This document shows, piece by piece, positions 1-9,685 of a stretch of 64,000 nt of DNA. Numbering within the stretch: the first letter of the stretch is position 1; every line of letters starts with the position of its first letter. The position numbers were made by a program, and so were the translations under genes. Source of the stretch: a virus; IMG/VR virus record IMGVR_UViG_3300047462_000154, positions 96,001-160,000 of that record; one strand, written 5' to 3'. Under the pieces are notes generated by a model. The model was given only the letters and a program-made list of their open reading frames with translations, made no database searches and was not told the DNA's origin.

Positions 1-730
1 CACTGCCATTAATAAACAATCCACCAGATGCAACTATATTAAGACCGCTATTTGTTATAGGCTGAAGGAATAAATTACCCTGACTAAAATATATCGATTG
101 ATTGCCGCCAAATAAACCAAGAACACCACCATTAGATAATGCCATATTTAAATTTCCAGATTCATAAAAACTGAAATTTCCTGGTGCTCCACCCCATTGC
201 ATACCAGTTGTTTTATCTGATTTAAAGAAGAAATGGTCAGAATATGCATAATTATCAAATTGTATGTTAGAAGTAACTTCCAATTCAGAACCATTTAATT
301 GAATAGTTGATAAAACTGGACCCGATGGCGAATTTTGAAATTCAATTTTTGGCATTACTGAATTTGTTAAAATTAATATTCCATTATTTGTTAACTCTGA
401 TTCATCACCTACACCATCAGATACAATAATGTTTCCAGTAAATTTTGGATTTGATGCAGCAACTAATGGAATCCAAACAAGACTCGAATCAAAATAATTC
501 AATGTAGAATTATTTAAATCATACCATAATTGCCCAATCAATGGATTAGATGGCGCAATTATATTAGAAAAATTTTCCAAAAGATAAACAAAATTTTCAT
601 CCAATGAACTACCATAATCAACAAAACCTTCACCAAATAAAGTCAATGAAGTTGCCGTGTTGTTCGTCGTGTTATCCAACAACATCGTTAAAAACGTGCC
701 ATCACTCTTTGTTATTTGATAAGTCGCCAT
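1..730 (-). CDS. tail fibre / virion structural protein, N-terminal part (runs off window start)
   Basis: Not in the ORF track. ATG at 730-728 reads MATYQITKSDGTFL...SLTLFGEGFVDYGSSLDENFVYLLENFSNYIAPSNPLIGQLWYD, a motif typical of jumbo-phage fibre N-termini; frame open to position 1; AATAAATA late-type motif upstream (748-755, minus). Confidence 0.75.
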   Translation of the reverse strand, partial: MATYQITKSDGTFLTMLLDNTTNNTATSLTLFGEGFVDYGSSLDENFVYLLENFSNIIAPSNPLIGQLWYDLNNSTLNYFDSSLVWIPLVAASNPKFTGNIIVSDGVGDESELTNNGILILTNSVMPKIEFQNSPSGPVLSTIQLNGSELEVTSNIQFDNYAYSDHFFFKSDKTTGMQWGGAPGNFSFYESGNLNMALSNGGVLGLFGGNQSIYFSQGNLFLQPITNSGLNIVASGGLFINGS

Positions 731-953
731 TGTTATACCTTTTATGATATTTATTATTTCATAATATTTAAGAAAATATCAATTTTGTTTGACAAAAATA
801 GTTCTTATTTTTATTTCGTCAAAAGTTTTTTGTCCAGATTTTAATAACTTGTAATATATATCTATGGAATTTCATTTGAGACAAAAGTGACATTACCTAT
901 AATCAGGTATTAGGCAATTATGTGGATAAATATTATAAAAAAGGGAGATAAAA

Positions 954-1496
954 TTGTTAAGAAACACAGAAAAAATGTTAGAATACCATTATAAAAATAA
1001 TTTAGAATTAAGAACTATGATTGATAATTTAGAATCATTTTCATTAGAAGATATAGATAATTCAACATTACCTAAATGGATGAGACTTGCTTTAAAACAG
1101 AAAAAAGAAATTCAAATAGCAAATCAACAAATGATTTTTAATATTCAGGAAGGAAATATTAAAGAGAATTACGTTCAAGATGTTTCTGGCAAAATACTTA
1201 AATGGAATGGCACGGAAACTTATATTTATTTTGGTAGAAGTCAGATATTGGTAAATTTAAATGATTTGATTTTTGTATCCTCAAAAGGAATTTGGTTGGA
1301 TACTGTTTTTTCTAAAACAATTGACCCAAAATTAAATCAATGTGTTTTTGTTAAAAATGCTACATTTTCAGAATATAAAACATTTCGTCAAAACGAATTA
1401 CAAAAGAAATATCCAAACTTTGATAAATTACTTCCTGTAATCGGACAATCAGATAACATATCCAACACACAGCCATTCTCAATTTATCGTCCATAA
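954..1496 (+). CDS. hypothetical protein
   Basis: 180 aa ORF with GGGAG upstream; no recognisable motif. Confidence 0.55.
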   Translation: MLRNTEKMLEYHYKNNLELRTMIDNLESFSLEDIDNSTLPKWMRLALKQKKEIQIANQQMIFNIQEGNIKENYVQDVSGKILKWNGTETYIYFGRSQILVNLNDLIFVSSKGIWLDTVFSKTIDPKLNQCVFVKNATFSEYKTFRQNELQKKYPNFDKLLPVIGQSDNISNTQPFSIYRP

Positions 1497-1612
1497 TTTA
1501 AAGTTGACAAACTTGTTTTTTATGATTATGTAGAGTTTGCTCTGGAGTGTTTTATATTTTGGATTTCGGACCAACATGTGATATTACTCTGGTTTTTCGA
1601 GAGGGATATCTA

Positions 1613-1915
1613 ATGATTGAAGAAACCAAATTTAAGGAATTACACAAAAAAGGCATGACAATGCAAGAAATGGCTAATGAACTTTCTTGTTCCTATGCCA
1701 GCGTTTATCAAACACATAAAAGTTTAAATTTAGAACCAAACAAAAAATCAAATGAAAGACATGCTAAAATTTTAGAACTTGTTAAAGAACATCCTGAATT
1801 AAGTTATGAAGAAATTGGTAAATTAGTCAACTGCACTCGTCAAAACGTTTCTGTTGTATGTTTGGAAAAACATAAAATAAGACGTAGGAATACCGATGGT
1901 TCTTTAACCAAATGA
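1613..1915 (+). CDS. small DNA-binding protein with two helix-turn-helix motifs
   Basis: GMTMQEMANELSCSYASV and ELSYEEIGKLVNCTRQNV are HTH-like; ATG 1613 follows GAGGGA, preferred over track start 1547. Confidence 0.65.
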   Translation: MIEETKFKELHKKGMTMQEMANELSCSYASVYQTHKSLNLEPNKKSNERHAKILELVKEHPELSYEEIGKLVNCTRQNVSVVCLEKHKIRRRNTDGSLTK

Positions 1916-1934
1916 TTTCGCATAAAAATAAAAA

Positions 1935-2162
1935 ATGAAAAAAACTATTGATATTTTATCAATTATTGGTTTAGCCGCTTTAGTTATAGGTTTTATCAAT
2001 ACTGTATTTTTTAATCTTACTGGAATTATTTTCCTCTTAGGTTTAATGTTTTTATCAATTGTGGATTCTTTAAATAAAATAGAAAAAATAATTGCGATAA
2101 AATTTCATATATTTTATATTATTTTTATGATGCTTTGTACATATTTGGAAGTATTATCTTAA
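1935..2162 (+). CDS. small membrane protein
   Basis: Two to three hydrophobic segments in 75 aa. Confidence 0.55.
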   Translation: MKKTIDILSIIGLAALVIGFINTVFFNLTGIIFLLGLMFLSIVDSLNKIEKIIAIKFHIFYIIFMMLCTYLEVLS

Positions 2163-2581
2163 ATGCAAGAATATGTTTTAGGATTTTTGTTTTCTGAAGA
2201 CAAACAACAAGTCGCATTAATTTATAAAAATCGTCCAGTTTCTTTAAAAAATCAATGGAACGGAATTGGTGGTCATATTGAAGAAAATGAAACTGCTGAC
2301 AAAGCTATCATTAGAGAATTTTATGAAGAAACAGGTGTTCAAATAGAATCTTGGAATGACCCATTTTGTGTTGTACAAAATAAAATTTTTATTTGTACGT
2401 TTTTTGTGCATTTTCTGATTTAATCCAAAATATCAAATCAATGACTGATGAAAAAGTCGATGTTTTTGATGTTTATGAATTGAATGGCGTTATATCATTT
2501 GCACCATTAGTAAAAACCTTGATTAATCTAGCATTGGATGATAGCATAGAATATCCTGTTATGTTGCATGCAAAGGATTGA
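2163..2581 (+). pseudogene. NUDIX hydrolase (MutT-like), frameshifted near 2385-2395
   Basis: Nudix box GGHIEENETADKAIIREFYEETG in 2163-2423; C-terminal part (YVFCAFSD...SMTDEKV) is in another frame (2393-2581), shift at a T run. Confidence 0.75.
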
Positions 2582-2584
2582 ATA

Positions 2585-2950
2585 ATGATTTGGTTTGTAA
2601 TTTTCTTTGTTATATTTTTTACAATTAATTGTAAAAATATATGGAGAAGAAATCGATAATTTCTTTGCAGTTATTTTTGCATTAATTTTGTCCGTTTTTT
2701 TTGGAGTGATTGTATCCACTACTATTGGATGTTATTTGTCAGTCAAACAATATAGTTTTGATGTTCCATTAATTCAAATAAAAACCGTTAATGGAGCATC
2801 AGGAAATTTTTTCCTGGGAACAGGAAATATAACCAACATTATTTTTGGATTGCATTACCAGCACCAGATATTGCAGATGGTACAAATTATTATTGTCCAA
2901 CATTCACCGTTCCACAAAATTCAATAGAACCAAATTTTTCTTTCTAAAAC
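2585..2950 (+). pseudogene. degraded phage membrane protein
   Basis: Three frames piece together: MIWFVIFFVIFF (2585), ...GASGNFFLGTGNI (track ORF 2607-2927), and WIALPAPDIADGTNYYCPTFTVPQNSIEPNF. Confidence 0.45.
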
Positions 2951-2971
2951 ACTTGTCAACATAATTTTTTT

Positions 2972-3334
2972 ATGCCATTATCTGATGAGAACATCAGAAA
3001 TGGATTAGTTATGGAACAGTTTGAAAAATTTATTGGAAAATCAATTACAACAATATTGACTTATTGTTTAGTTTTTATTGTGCTTTTACCATTTATAATC
3101 TATCAAGCTTGGGTTATTGTTCTATATTGGAAATGGTTTATTATGCCCATTTTCAATTTCAAACAAATAACGATTTTGTATGCAATCGTATTGCAAATGT
3201 TTGTTCAAATGTTCCGTTCATCACCGCGCCCAAACCCAGATGATAAAATTTGGAATGATACAATAAAAAAACCATTAATAAAAATAACAACGATTTTGAT
3301 TGTTGGATATGTGATTCATTTTTATATCAACTAA
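2972..3334 (+). CDS. membrane protein
   Basis: Several hydrophobic helices; LYWKWFIMPIFNFKQIT motif. Confidence 0.6.
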   Translation: MPLSDENIRNGLVMEQFEKFIGKSITTILTYCLVFIVLLPFIIYQAWVIVLYWKWFIMPIFNFKQITILYAIVLQMFVQMFRSSPRPNPDDKIWNDTIKKPLIKITTILIVGYVIHFYIN

Positions 3335-3343
3335 TTTGGGAAT

Positions 3344-4228
3344 ATGACTATGCCTAAACAATTTACTTCAGATATTTCGATTCATGAAAAAGATAAATTT
3401 TTTCTTGAACATGCAAAAGAAAGAAATTATTCTTTTGATTTAATAAATGGTCTTATTTTGGATTCCAAAGGTAAAAGTTTAGGAACCAAAACTAAAAGAA
3501 ATATAATTTTTTACTATTGTACAAATGGAAAAACTTTTGGTATTGCGAGATGTAGAGCAATTTGGCTTTCCGTTCATGGTTATGTGGAAGAAGGTCTTCA
3601 GCCATCTCATATTTCAGAAGATTTAACAGATGATAATATTAAAAATATTCATCTAACTAATCTTTCTATGCGAAGCATAGAATCAAGTGCTCGCCGTTTA
3701 AAAAATAATAAACAGGCTGATAAAATTCGTCAAATGTTTGGTAAAATGACTTTAAATCAAGTCAATGAAGCACGCATTATCGCTAGAGAAAATAGTCTAA
3801 TTTCTTATCAGACACTTGCAAATAAATATGGTGTTTCTAAAACATCGATGGTTTTTGCCCTGCAAGGTAAAACATGGAAAGATGCGCAAGAACCGCCTGT
3901 GTTTCGCAAAAAAGAAATTTTGACGGAAAAGAAGCCACGTGTGCGCGGACCACGAGTTAGCAAACCTTCAGTTAAAACTACAGAAAAAGTAACTACAGAA
4001 AAAGCACCAATCATTAACCATCTAGTTAAAAAACAGGTTCATGTTGTTGATATAAAAGTTAAACAAAACACGGAAGAATTGCGTCGAATTGTCAAAAGCA
4101 TTTTGCTTAACAACAATAATATTTCTGATTTTGGTATAATGAAATTTCTTCAAATGCGAAGGATTTCATTTACTGATGCATCTATCATCAATATTTCCAA
4201 ATCAATCAGAAAAGAAATCCGATGCTAA
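3344..4228 (+). CDS. degenerate HNH-like domain + HTH protein (paralog A)
   Basis: RCRAIWLSVHGYVEEGLQPSHISEDLTDDNIKNIHL aligns with the HNH_3 pattern; SYQTLANKYGVSKTSM HTH; colinear with next gene. Confidence 0.6.
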   Translation: MTMPKQFTSDISIHEKDKFFLEHAKERNYSFDLINGLILDSKGKSLGTKTKRNIIFYYCTNGKTFGIARCRAIWLSVHGYVEEGLQPSHISEDLTDDNIKNIHLTNLSMRSIESSARRLKNNKQADKIRQMFGKMTLNQVNEARIIARENSLISYQTLANKYGVSKTSMVFALQGKTWKDAQEPPVFRKKEILTEKKPRVRGPRVSKPSVKTTEKVTTEKAPIINHLVKKQVHVVDIKVKQNTEELRRIVKSILLNNNNISDFGIMKFLQMRRISFTDASIINISKSIRKEIRC

Positions 4229-5007
4229 CTGAAATTGATAAATCTTTCCTTATCCATGCTGAAAAAAACGGATTTGTTTTTGATAAGGATAATGGAAAGA
4301 TTTATAATGGAAAAGGTAAAGAAATAGGAAGTAAATCTAAAAAAATTTGGATTATATCTTTTACTTTAAATTCCAAAGCAAAAGGAATTACAAGAGCACG
4401 AGCTATATGGCTGCATGCTAATGGTGAAATACCAGAAGGATATGGTGTTGGACACAAATCAGAAGATTTGTCAGATGATAATTTAAGTAATCTTGAATTA
4501 ACAACCAATTCAACACGCAACTCAAAAAGAAATAAATCTTATCGATATTCATCCGGTAGAAATAATAAAATAACTATCGATATTGTAAATGAAGATAGAA
4601 AATATTTTCGTGAAAACCCAAATGCATCTTATGATGAAAGAGCCGAAAAAAGAGGCATAACCAAAACATCATTAATTCATGCAATTTCTGGCAAATCTTG
4701 GAAAAATGCAACAGAAGAACCAGTTGCTATTAGAAAAGGCAAAGGAAAGCCGTCTACGGGTTTAAATAAAAAATCTATGCCAAGACTGCCTAAAATTAAT
4801 AAGCCTTTAAAATCCGTTTATATTAAGAATGAACTGACTCTTAAAAGAGAAGAAACATATAAAGTTGTGAAAAGTTTAATTTCTAATAATAGAAATTTAA
4901 CCAATAAAGGTATTATGAAATTTTTATGTATGAGAAATTTGCCATTTAATCCAAAAACGTTTTACCAAATAACTTCCAAAGCAAAAAAGGAATTATCTAA
5001 TATATGA
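4222..5007 (+). CDS. degenerate HNH-like domain + HTH protein (paralog B)
   Basis: RARAIWLHANGEIPEGYGVGHKSEDLSDDNLSNLEL; HTH ending GKSWK; shares C-terminal GIMKFL.MR motif with paralog A. Confidence 0.6.
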   Translation: MLTEIDKSFLIHAEKNGFVFDKDNGKIYNGKGKEIGSKSKKIWIISFTLNSKAKGITRARAIWLHANGEIPEGYGVGHKSEDLSDDNLSNLELTTNSTRNSKRNKSYRYSSGRNNKITIDIVNEDRKYFRENPNASYDERAEKRGITKTSLIHAISGKSWKNATEEPVAIRKGKGKPSTGLNKKSMPRLPKINKPLKSVYIKNELTLKREETYKVVKSLISNNRNLTNKGIMKFLCMRNLPFNPKTFYQITSKAKKELSNI

Positions 5008-5013
5008 TAAAAT

Positions 5014-5049
5014 GATTAAAAACCCCGCAATATTGCGGGGTTTTTAATC
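5014..5049. terminator. bidirectional rho-independent terminator
   Basis: Perfect inverted repeat gattaaaaaccccgca...tgcggggtttttaatc between convergent genes. Confidence 0.85.
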
Positions 5050-5067
5050 TATGTTTATTTTTTTATT

Positions 5068-7986
5068 TTATTGTGAAACGTTAATATTATTTGGTAATGA
5101 TGTTGTTGTTGATGTTGTAGCAGCAGTATTATATGAAGAATTTGATTCAATACGAACTGGTATGTAAATAAACTCAACAGCAGTCAACGGTAAAATCAAA
5201 ACATCAATCCATAATTGATTAGCATCAAGTGTTGCCGCTGTGTTATTTGAAGAATCACAAATAACGGCAAAATCAGAGATTGCACGCATGCCAACAAGGT
5301 TAGATAAAAACTGTGAAACCGTATTGCCCGCTGCTGTTCTTGTTATATTGTCATTTTGTTCGAACAAATATGGTTTAGTTATTTGGTCAAGTTGGTAAGC
5401 GACATAATTAGCTAAACGTGCAACGTTTATTCTTGTTAATAAACTTGAATCTGTTGCAAGAGTTTTCTGTCCATAGAGAACCAATCCACGTCCAGGAATG
5501 TATGCAATAGGATTAATACTATTTGAATATAATGTATCGCGTTGTCCCTGATTAAGAATAACAGGTTGGAATGTTCCACCAGATGTTAAATATCCAACTG
5601 ATGTTGCATTTGTAATTAATCCTCTGGTGAAGCCAGCAGGCGCAAACCATGGATAAGAAATTTGGTCTGAATATGCAATGGTTCTTAATACCATAGTTGA
5701 TGGTGGAACCATAACAGAATTACCAGAAGTATCTTGTCCTAATCCCCAAGGATAACTGATACAAGCATAATCTGAGTGAGTAACTAAACCATCTTCACTA
5801 TCGATTGGAACATTTGCTGTATTATTAGCAAAGTTTGCAATTGAATTACTGCTTGGGTCTAATCTTGCGGGAGTATCAGCAACAATAAATGATACTTCGT
5901 TTTGATTTGTATTCAATGTTACCATGTCAGATAACAATTCAATATAACCAGGAACAGCAATTAAATTGTAACGTACTAATTCAGATAAAATATCTTGGTT
6001 AGTGCTAATACAAGAAGCCAATGATTGAACAACCATAATACGTTGCGCTTTACGTAAGAAATAAGGCGCACCATTTTCTTGATTGCCAGAAGCAGTAACC
6101 CAACGCGATGCTGATTCTAAAACTGGAAATACTGTATCACCAATATTATATGTAGAAACTGTATAATCAGTATTAGGGTCATAGCCACCAGCATTAAAAT
6201 ATGTTGGATTCCATTCTTTAACGTTACCATAAGCATAACGTGAATTGAATAAAAGCATGCCAGCAGGATATAAACGAGGGTCGGGACAATCAGGGTCTAC
6301 AAAACTTGAAATTGCCATATCAGCAGATAATTGAGAACCAAACGTATACGTTCCTGTGGCTCCGGCATATGATGGTCCAGAATCTTGTCTTGCATCAGCA
6401 AATACAATTCCAAAAGGAGATGTATTATCTGCATTATTAATTAATGTCCAAGAAGATGTTGATGCTGTGTAACGATAAATTAAAGGATAGCTTTCTGTAT
6501 TAGAAGAATTAAGCCACAAATCATTATCAACCAATGCGCCACCAGTGCTTTGTGATGTTGGCGCACTGCCAGAAATTTGAACACCGTTGGGGTCAGTTAA
6601 TGGGAATTGTGAACGATAACCTACCCAATTTTCTCCAGACCCGTACATAATATCTGCGCGAACATCAGCATTATACCAATAAGTTCCAGCCGCCGGGGCG
6701 GTAGTTGGTGCAACAACATCTGCTTCATAACTCAACGCTGCCCAATAAGTTCCATTCCAACGTCTAATTTGTTGTGAACCAGTTGATGGGTCATATCCAA
6801 TATAAAGATTGCCAACCGAAATACCTGAACCTAAACCAGCTAATGCAGCAGTATCTTTACCAGTTGTGCCATCAGATAATGTGGAAGCATATTGATAAAA
6901 TGGTGTTGATAATGTAATAAATGAATTTGTTGCAGAACTATAATATTTTACAATCCAATTTGCGCCATTATTGGAAACACTTCCCTTAATCCAAATCGAA
7001 CCAGCAGTTGAATTTGTTGGATAAGATGCATTGTTAGTATAATAAACTGATAAACCATTAGTTGTGCCAGCAGTTAAACCAAGAACGTTTAAAGAGTTTC
7101 CAGAAACATTGGCTATCGTGATTGGACCACCAGCAGTATTTGTAATAACCAACGCGCTGTTAACTACTGATGCAGTAATATTTGGTATTGTTGCGTTATT
7201 AATATTTGAAATAACGCTTGTTAAATTACCAGGAGATGTTATAGTTACTGTTGTGCCATTAATTGAAAAAGTCTCGCCAACATTTGCATCACTTGGAGAT
7301 GTGCCACCAACAACAGTTGTTGGATTTTGTGCTAACCATTGAGTTGTTCCAACTTGATACCAAGTACCACCAATTTTTTGATAAAGAAGATTGTTAGAAG
7401 TCCAAGGAACAATAGCAAGATTTCCATTAACACCGAAACTTGTTAATGGAACAAATGTTGAGCTATTGATTTGATTAATTGTTGGAACCAACACTTTCTG
7501 AGATACCCAAGCAGAACCAGGAAGCGCATTACCGTTTGACATAAAAACACCAAAAGTGGTGTCAGTTAAATCAAACCAATATGTACCATATGCTGGTGGT
7601 GATGTTGGGGCAGATGTTGATGGTTGTAACGAATTTAAATCAATATCTGCACGAAGAACATAACATTGATTTGATAAACCCAAATATGAATAAGCAGCAT
7701 GTAATCCGTACTCTGCTAATTCTGAAGCATTAACGGGTGTGCCTTGCACAGATGGAAAAACTGGATTACCAAAATTTGTTAGCAAATCTTGTTGCGATGT
7801 AGCAAGATATAATTGATTTGCAAGCGACGGCACAGTGTATGGGGCTATACCTGAACCAGAAGGTGATGTTTTGTTGGCGGCTGTTGCCATGATTATCAGC
7901 GGTACAGTGCCAGTTGTTGCTGGTCCGGTGCTCGGACTTTGAGTTATTGTAACTTGCACACCAGGAGAAATTAAATTTTCAGACAT
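5068..7986 (-). CDS. contractile tail sheath protein (T4 gp18-like, with large insertions)
   Basis: N-terminal LISPGVQVT; C-terminal YPWFAPAGFTRG, QRDTLYSNSINPI, LYGQKT, RINVARL, FEQND, AVEFIYIP sheath motifs; GGAGG RBS. Confidence 0.95.
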   Translation of the reverse strand: MSENLISPGVQVTITQSPSTGPATTGTVPLIIMATAANKTSPSGSGIAPYTVPSLANQLYLATSQQDLLTNFGNPVFPSVQGTPVNASELAEYGLHAAYSYLGLSNQCYVLRADIDLNSLQPSTSAPTSPPAYGTYWFDLTDTTFGVFMSNGNALPGSAWVSQKVLVPTINQINSSTFVPLTSFGVNGNLAIVPWTSNNLLYQKIGGTWYQVGTTQWLAQNPTTVVGGTSPSDANVGETFSINGTTVTITSPGNLTSVISNINNATIPNITASVVNSALVITNTAGGPITIANVSGNSLNVLGLTAGTTNGLSVYYTNNASYPTNSTAGSIWIKGSVSNNGANWIVKYYSSATNSFITLSTPFYQYASTLSDGTTGKDTAALAGLGSGISVGNLYIGYDPSTGSQQIRRWNGTYWAALSYEADVVAPTTAPAAGTYWYNADVRADIMYGSGENWVGYRSQFPLTDPNGVQISGSAPTSQSTGGALVDNDLWLNSSNTESYPLIYRYTASTSSWTLINNADNTSPFGIVFADARQDSGPSYAGATGTYTFGSQLSADMAISSFVDPDCPDPRLYPAGMLLFNSRYAYGNVKEWNPTYFNAGGYDPNTDYTVSTYNIGDTVFPVLESASRWVTASGNQENGAPYFLRKAQRIMVVQSLASCISTNQDILSELVRYNLIAVPGYIELLSDMVTLNTNQNEVSFIVADTPARLDPSSNSIANFANNTANVPIDSEDGLVTHSDYACISYPWGLGQDTSGNSVMVPPSTMVLRTIAYSDQISYPWFAPAGFTRGLITNATSVGYLTSGGTFQPVILNQGQRDTLYSNSINPIAYIPGRGLVLYGQKTLATDSSLLTRINVARLANYVAYQLDQITKPYLFEQNDNITRTAAGNTVSQFLSNLVGMRAISDFAVICDSSNNTAATLDANQLWIDVLILPLTAVEFIYIPVRIESNSSYNTAATTSTTTSLPNNINVSQ

Positions 7987-8193
7987 TATTATTTGACCTC
8001 CAAAAAGTCTTTTTATTTGTTATTTCTATTTATTCGGAGGACGTGTTTTTAATGTATTAAGTAAACAAGTATGCACAAAATATTACTTGAAAAAAATATT
8101 TAGAACGGTATTTTTGTTTTGATTTTCAAAGTTTTTGAGATGGAACGTTGTAAATTTATTAAATTTTTTTTGCAGAAAATTTTTTTAGCAATT

Positions 8194-8802
8194 TCAAGAT
8201 TTACCATAAACATCATTGGTTTGCATTGTAACTCTGTAAAAAACAGCATTATATGAAAAATATTGCAATTTATTACAATTTATGTAACTTCCACATGAAC
8301 GCAAACCACCAAGTATTTCTAAAATAGTATTTTCTACTGGTCCTCTATCATTTAATAATACAAGTTTACCTTCTGCTGCTCTGTGTTTCGCAACACCGCC
8401 AGAATATTGTTTCATGGCTTCTTCGGAAGACATACCAAAGAATTTATATTTCCCATCAACTAATTCTAATTCAGATTCAGAATGAGCAGCTAACATTCCA
8501 CCAAGCATTGTAAAATGAGAACCACCACAAAAAGCTTTAGCAACGTCTCCTGGTGTGGTACAACCACCATCTGAACAAATCATACCACCAACATCATAGG
8601 CAGCCTCAGAACAATCTATAATGGTCGATAATTGACTACGACCAACACCAGATAATTTACGAGTAGTGCAAGCGGAATTATGAACAACTAAATCGTTAGC
8701 AATATAACTATGGTCATCTTCTACTTCAAAATCAAAAGTATTTTCATTAATTTCTTCTTCTTCTATTAAAGTAATTTCAACAAGTTTAAATTTAGTTAAC
8801 AT
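8194..8802 (-). CDS. guaC: GMP reductase C-terminal half fused to split C-intein (42 aa)
   Basis: ...FDFEVEDDHSYIANDLVVHN|SACTTR; then SDGGCTTPGDVAKAF, MLGGMLA, FFGMSS, RAAEGK, ILGGLRS GuaC motifs; own AGGAG RBS at 8809-8813. Confidence 0.92.
   Translation of the reverse strand: MLTKFKLVEITLIEEEEINENTFDFEVEDDHSYIANDLVVHNSACTTRKLSGVGRSQLSTIIDCSEAAYDVGGMICSDGGCTTPGDVAKAFCGGSHFTMLGGMLAAHSESELELVDGKYKFFGMSSEEAMKQYSGGVAKHRAAEGKLVLLNDRGPVENTILEILGGLRSCGSYINCNKLQYFSYNAVFYRVTMQTNDVYGKS
8677..8802 (-). mobile_element. split intein C-fragment (IntC)
   Basis: Blocks F and G ending His-Asn followed by Ser(+1); begins at its own ATG. Confidence 0.92.
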
Positions 8803-9368
8803 TTTTTTCTCCTAATAAAAATTTTTTACATATTTCAAAAATACCAAATGGATCTTTTCTAAAATCAGTTTCTAAAATAGTTAATAATTGATATCCGCAT
8901 GATTTTGCAAAATCTTTTTTTTGTATATCACGTAATTTAACTTTTTCTATATCCTTATCGCTTCTTAATTTTTTATTTTCGATTAACCCATGGTAATAAT
9001 CTCCATCAAATTCTATTATTTTGTCTCTATATGAAAAATCATAATAATAAATTGTATTTCTGTTTTCGTCTCTTAATATTCTTTGATTTTTGCCCCATTT
9101 TCCTCTATTTTTTTATTATTTTTTTGTTTTTCTATATAAGCATCCCATTTTTTTGTTCCTTCTATTTCACCATGTCTATCAATAAAACTTTCTTTTGTGT
9201 TTATTTTTTTTTTTTTGAATTATCTGTGCATGATTTTGATACATCGCTTTGATAATTGCTTACCATTAATTTTGCTGATTCTGGATTCATGTCAAATCTA
9301 TCTATCCAATATTCTATACATCTTGGAGATATTTTTTTACCTCTTGCTGTTTTTTCTTCTTCTGGCAT
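8792..9368 (-). pseudogene. Vsr-like/DUF559-type free-standing homing endonuclease, broken by two frameshifts
   Basis: Not in the ORF track. ATG overlaps the upstream TGA (TGATG). Fragments: MPEEEKTARG...SKKKK* (A13 run 9204-9216); INTKESFIDRHGEIEGTKKWDAY; YYYDFSYRDKIIEFDGDYYHG...RDIQKKDFAKSCGYQLLTILE...NVN* (stop 8792-8794). Confidence 0.85.
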
Positions 9369-9685
9369 CAAACTACTTCTGTGTTCAATTCTAACATTAA
9401 AAATTCATTAGATAGTTCTTCTGCTGACACCCATTTTGCATAGGAATCTATATTATCGTCATTTAAAATACCAAGATATTTTTTATGAACCACATAAAAT
9501 TCATGATTTGGTGTAGTTTTTATTCTTTCATTTATTTTTAATATTTTTTTATGGTGTTCATGAATAAATGTTTTTGATACTTTTTTCCATGATGCGGTAT
9601 GGGTTAAAACAATATCGTTAATTTTAATGTCTTCGATATTTTTATATCCAGTAGATGTTGTTATTTGTGTTCCAGACACAAAACA
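9368..9685 (-). mobile_element. split intein N-fragment (IntN)
   Basis: Block A CFVSGTQI, block B TPNHEF, ending WVSAEEL...stop; no blocks F/G. Confidence 0.92.

Noticed and set aside
8803-9367. Group I intron between the guaC halves
   Set aside because: No recognisable core pairings; space is filled by a decayed ORF; both halves have the stop, RBS and start expected for a split intein.
9031-9394. Plus-strand hydrophobic ORFs 9031-9252 and 9197-9394
   Set aside because: Antisense shadows of the A-rich endonuclease pseudogene.
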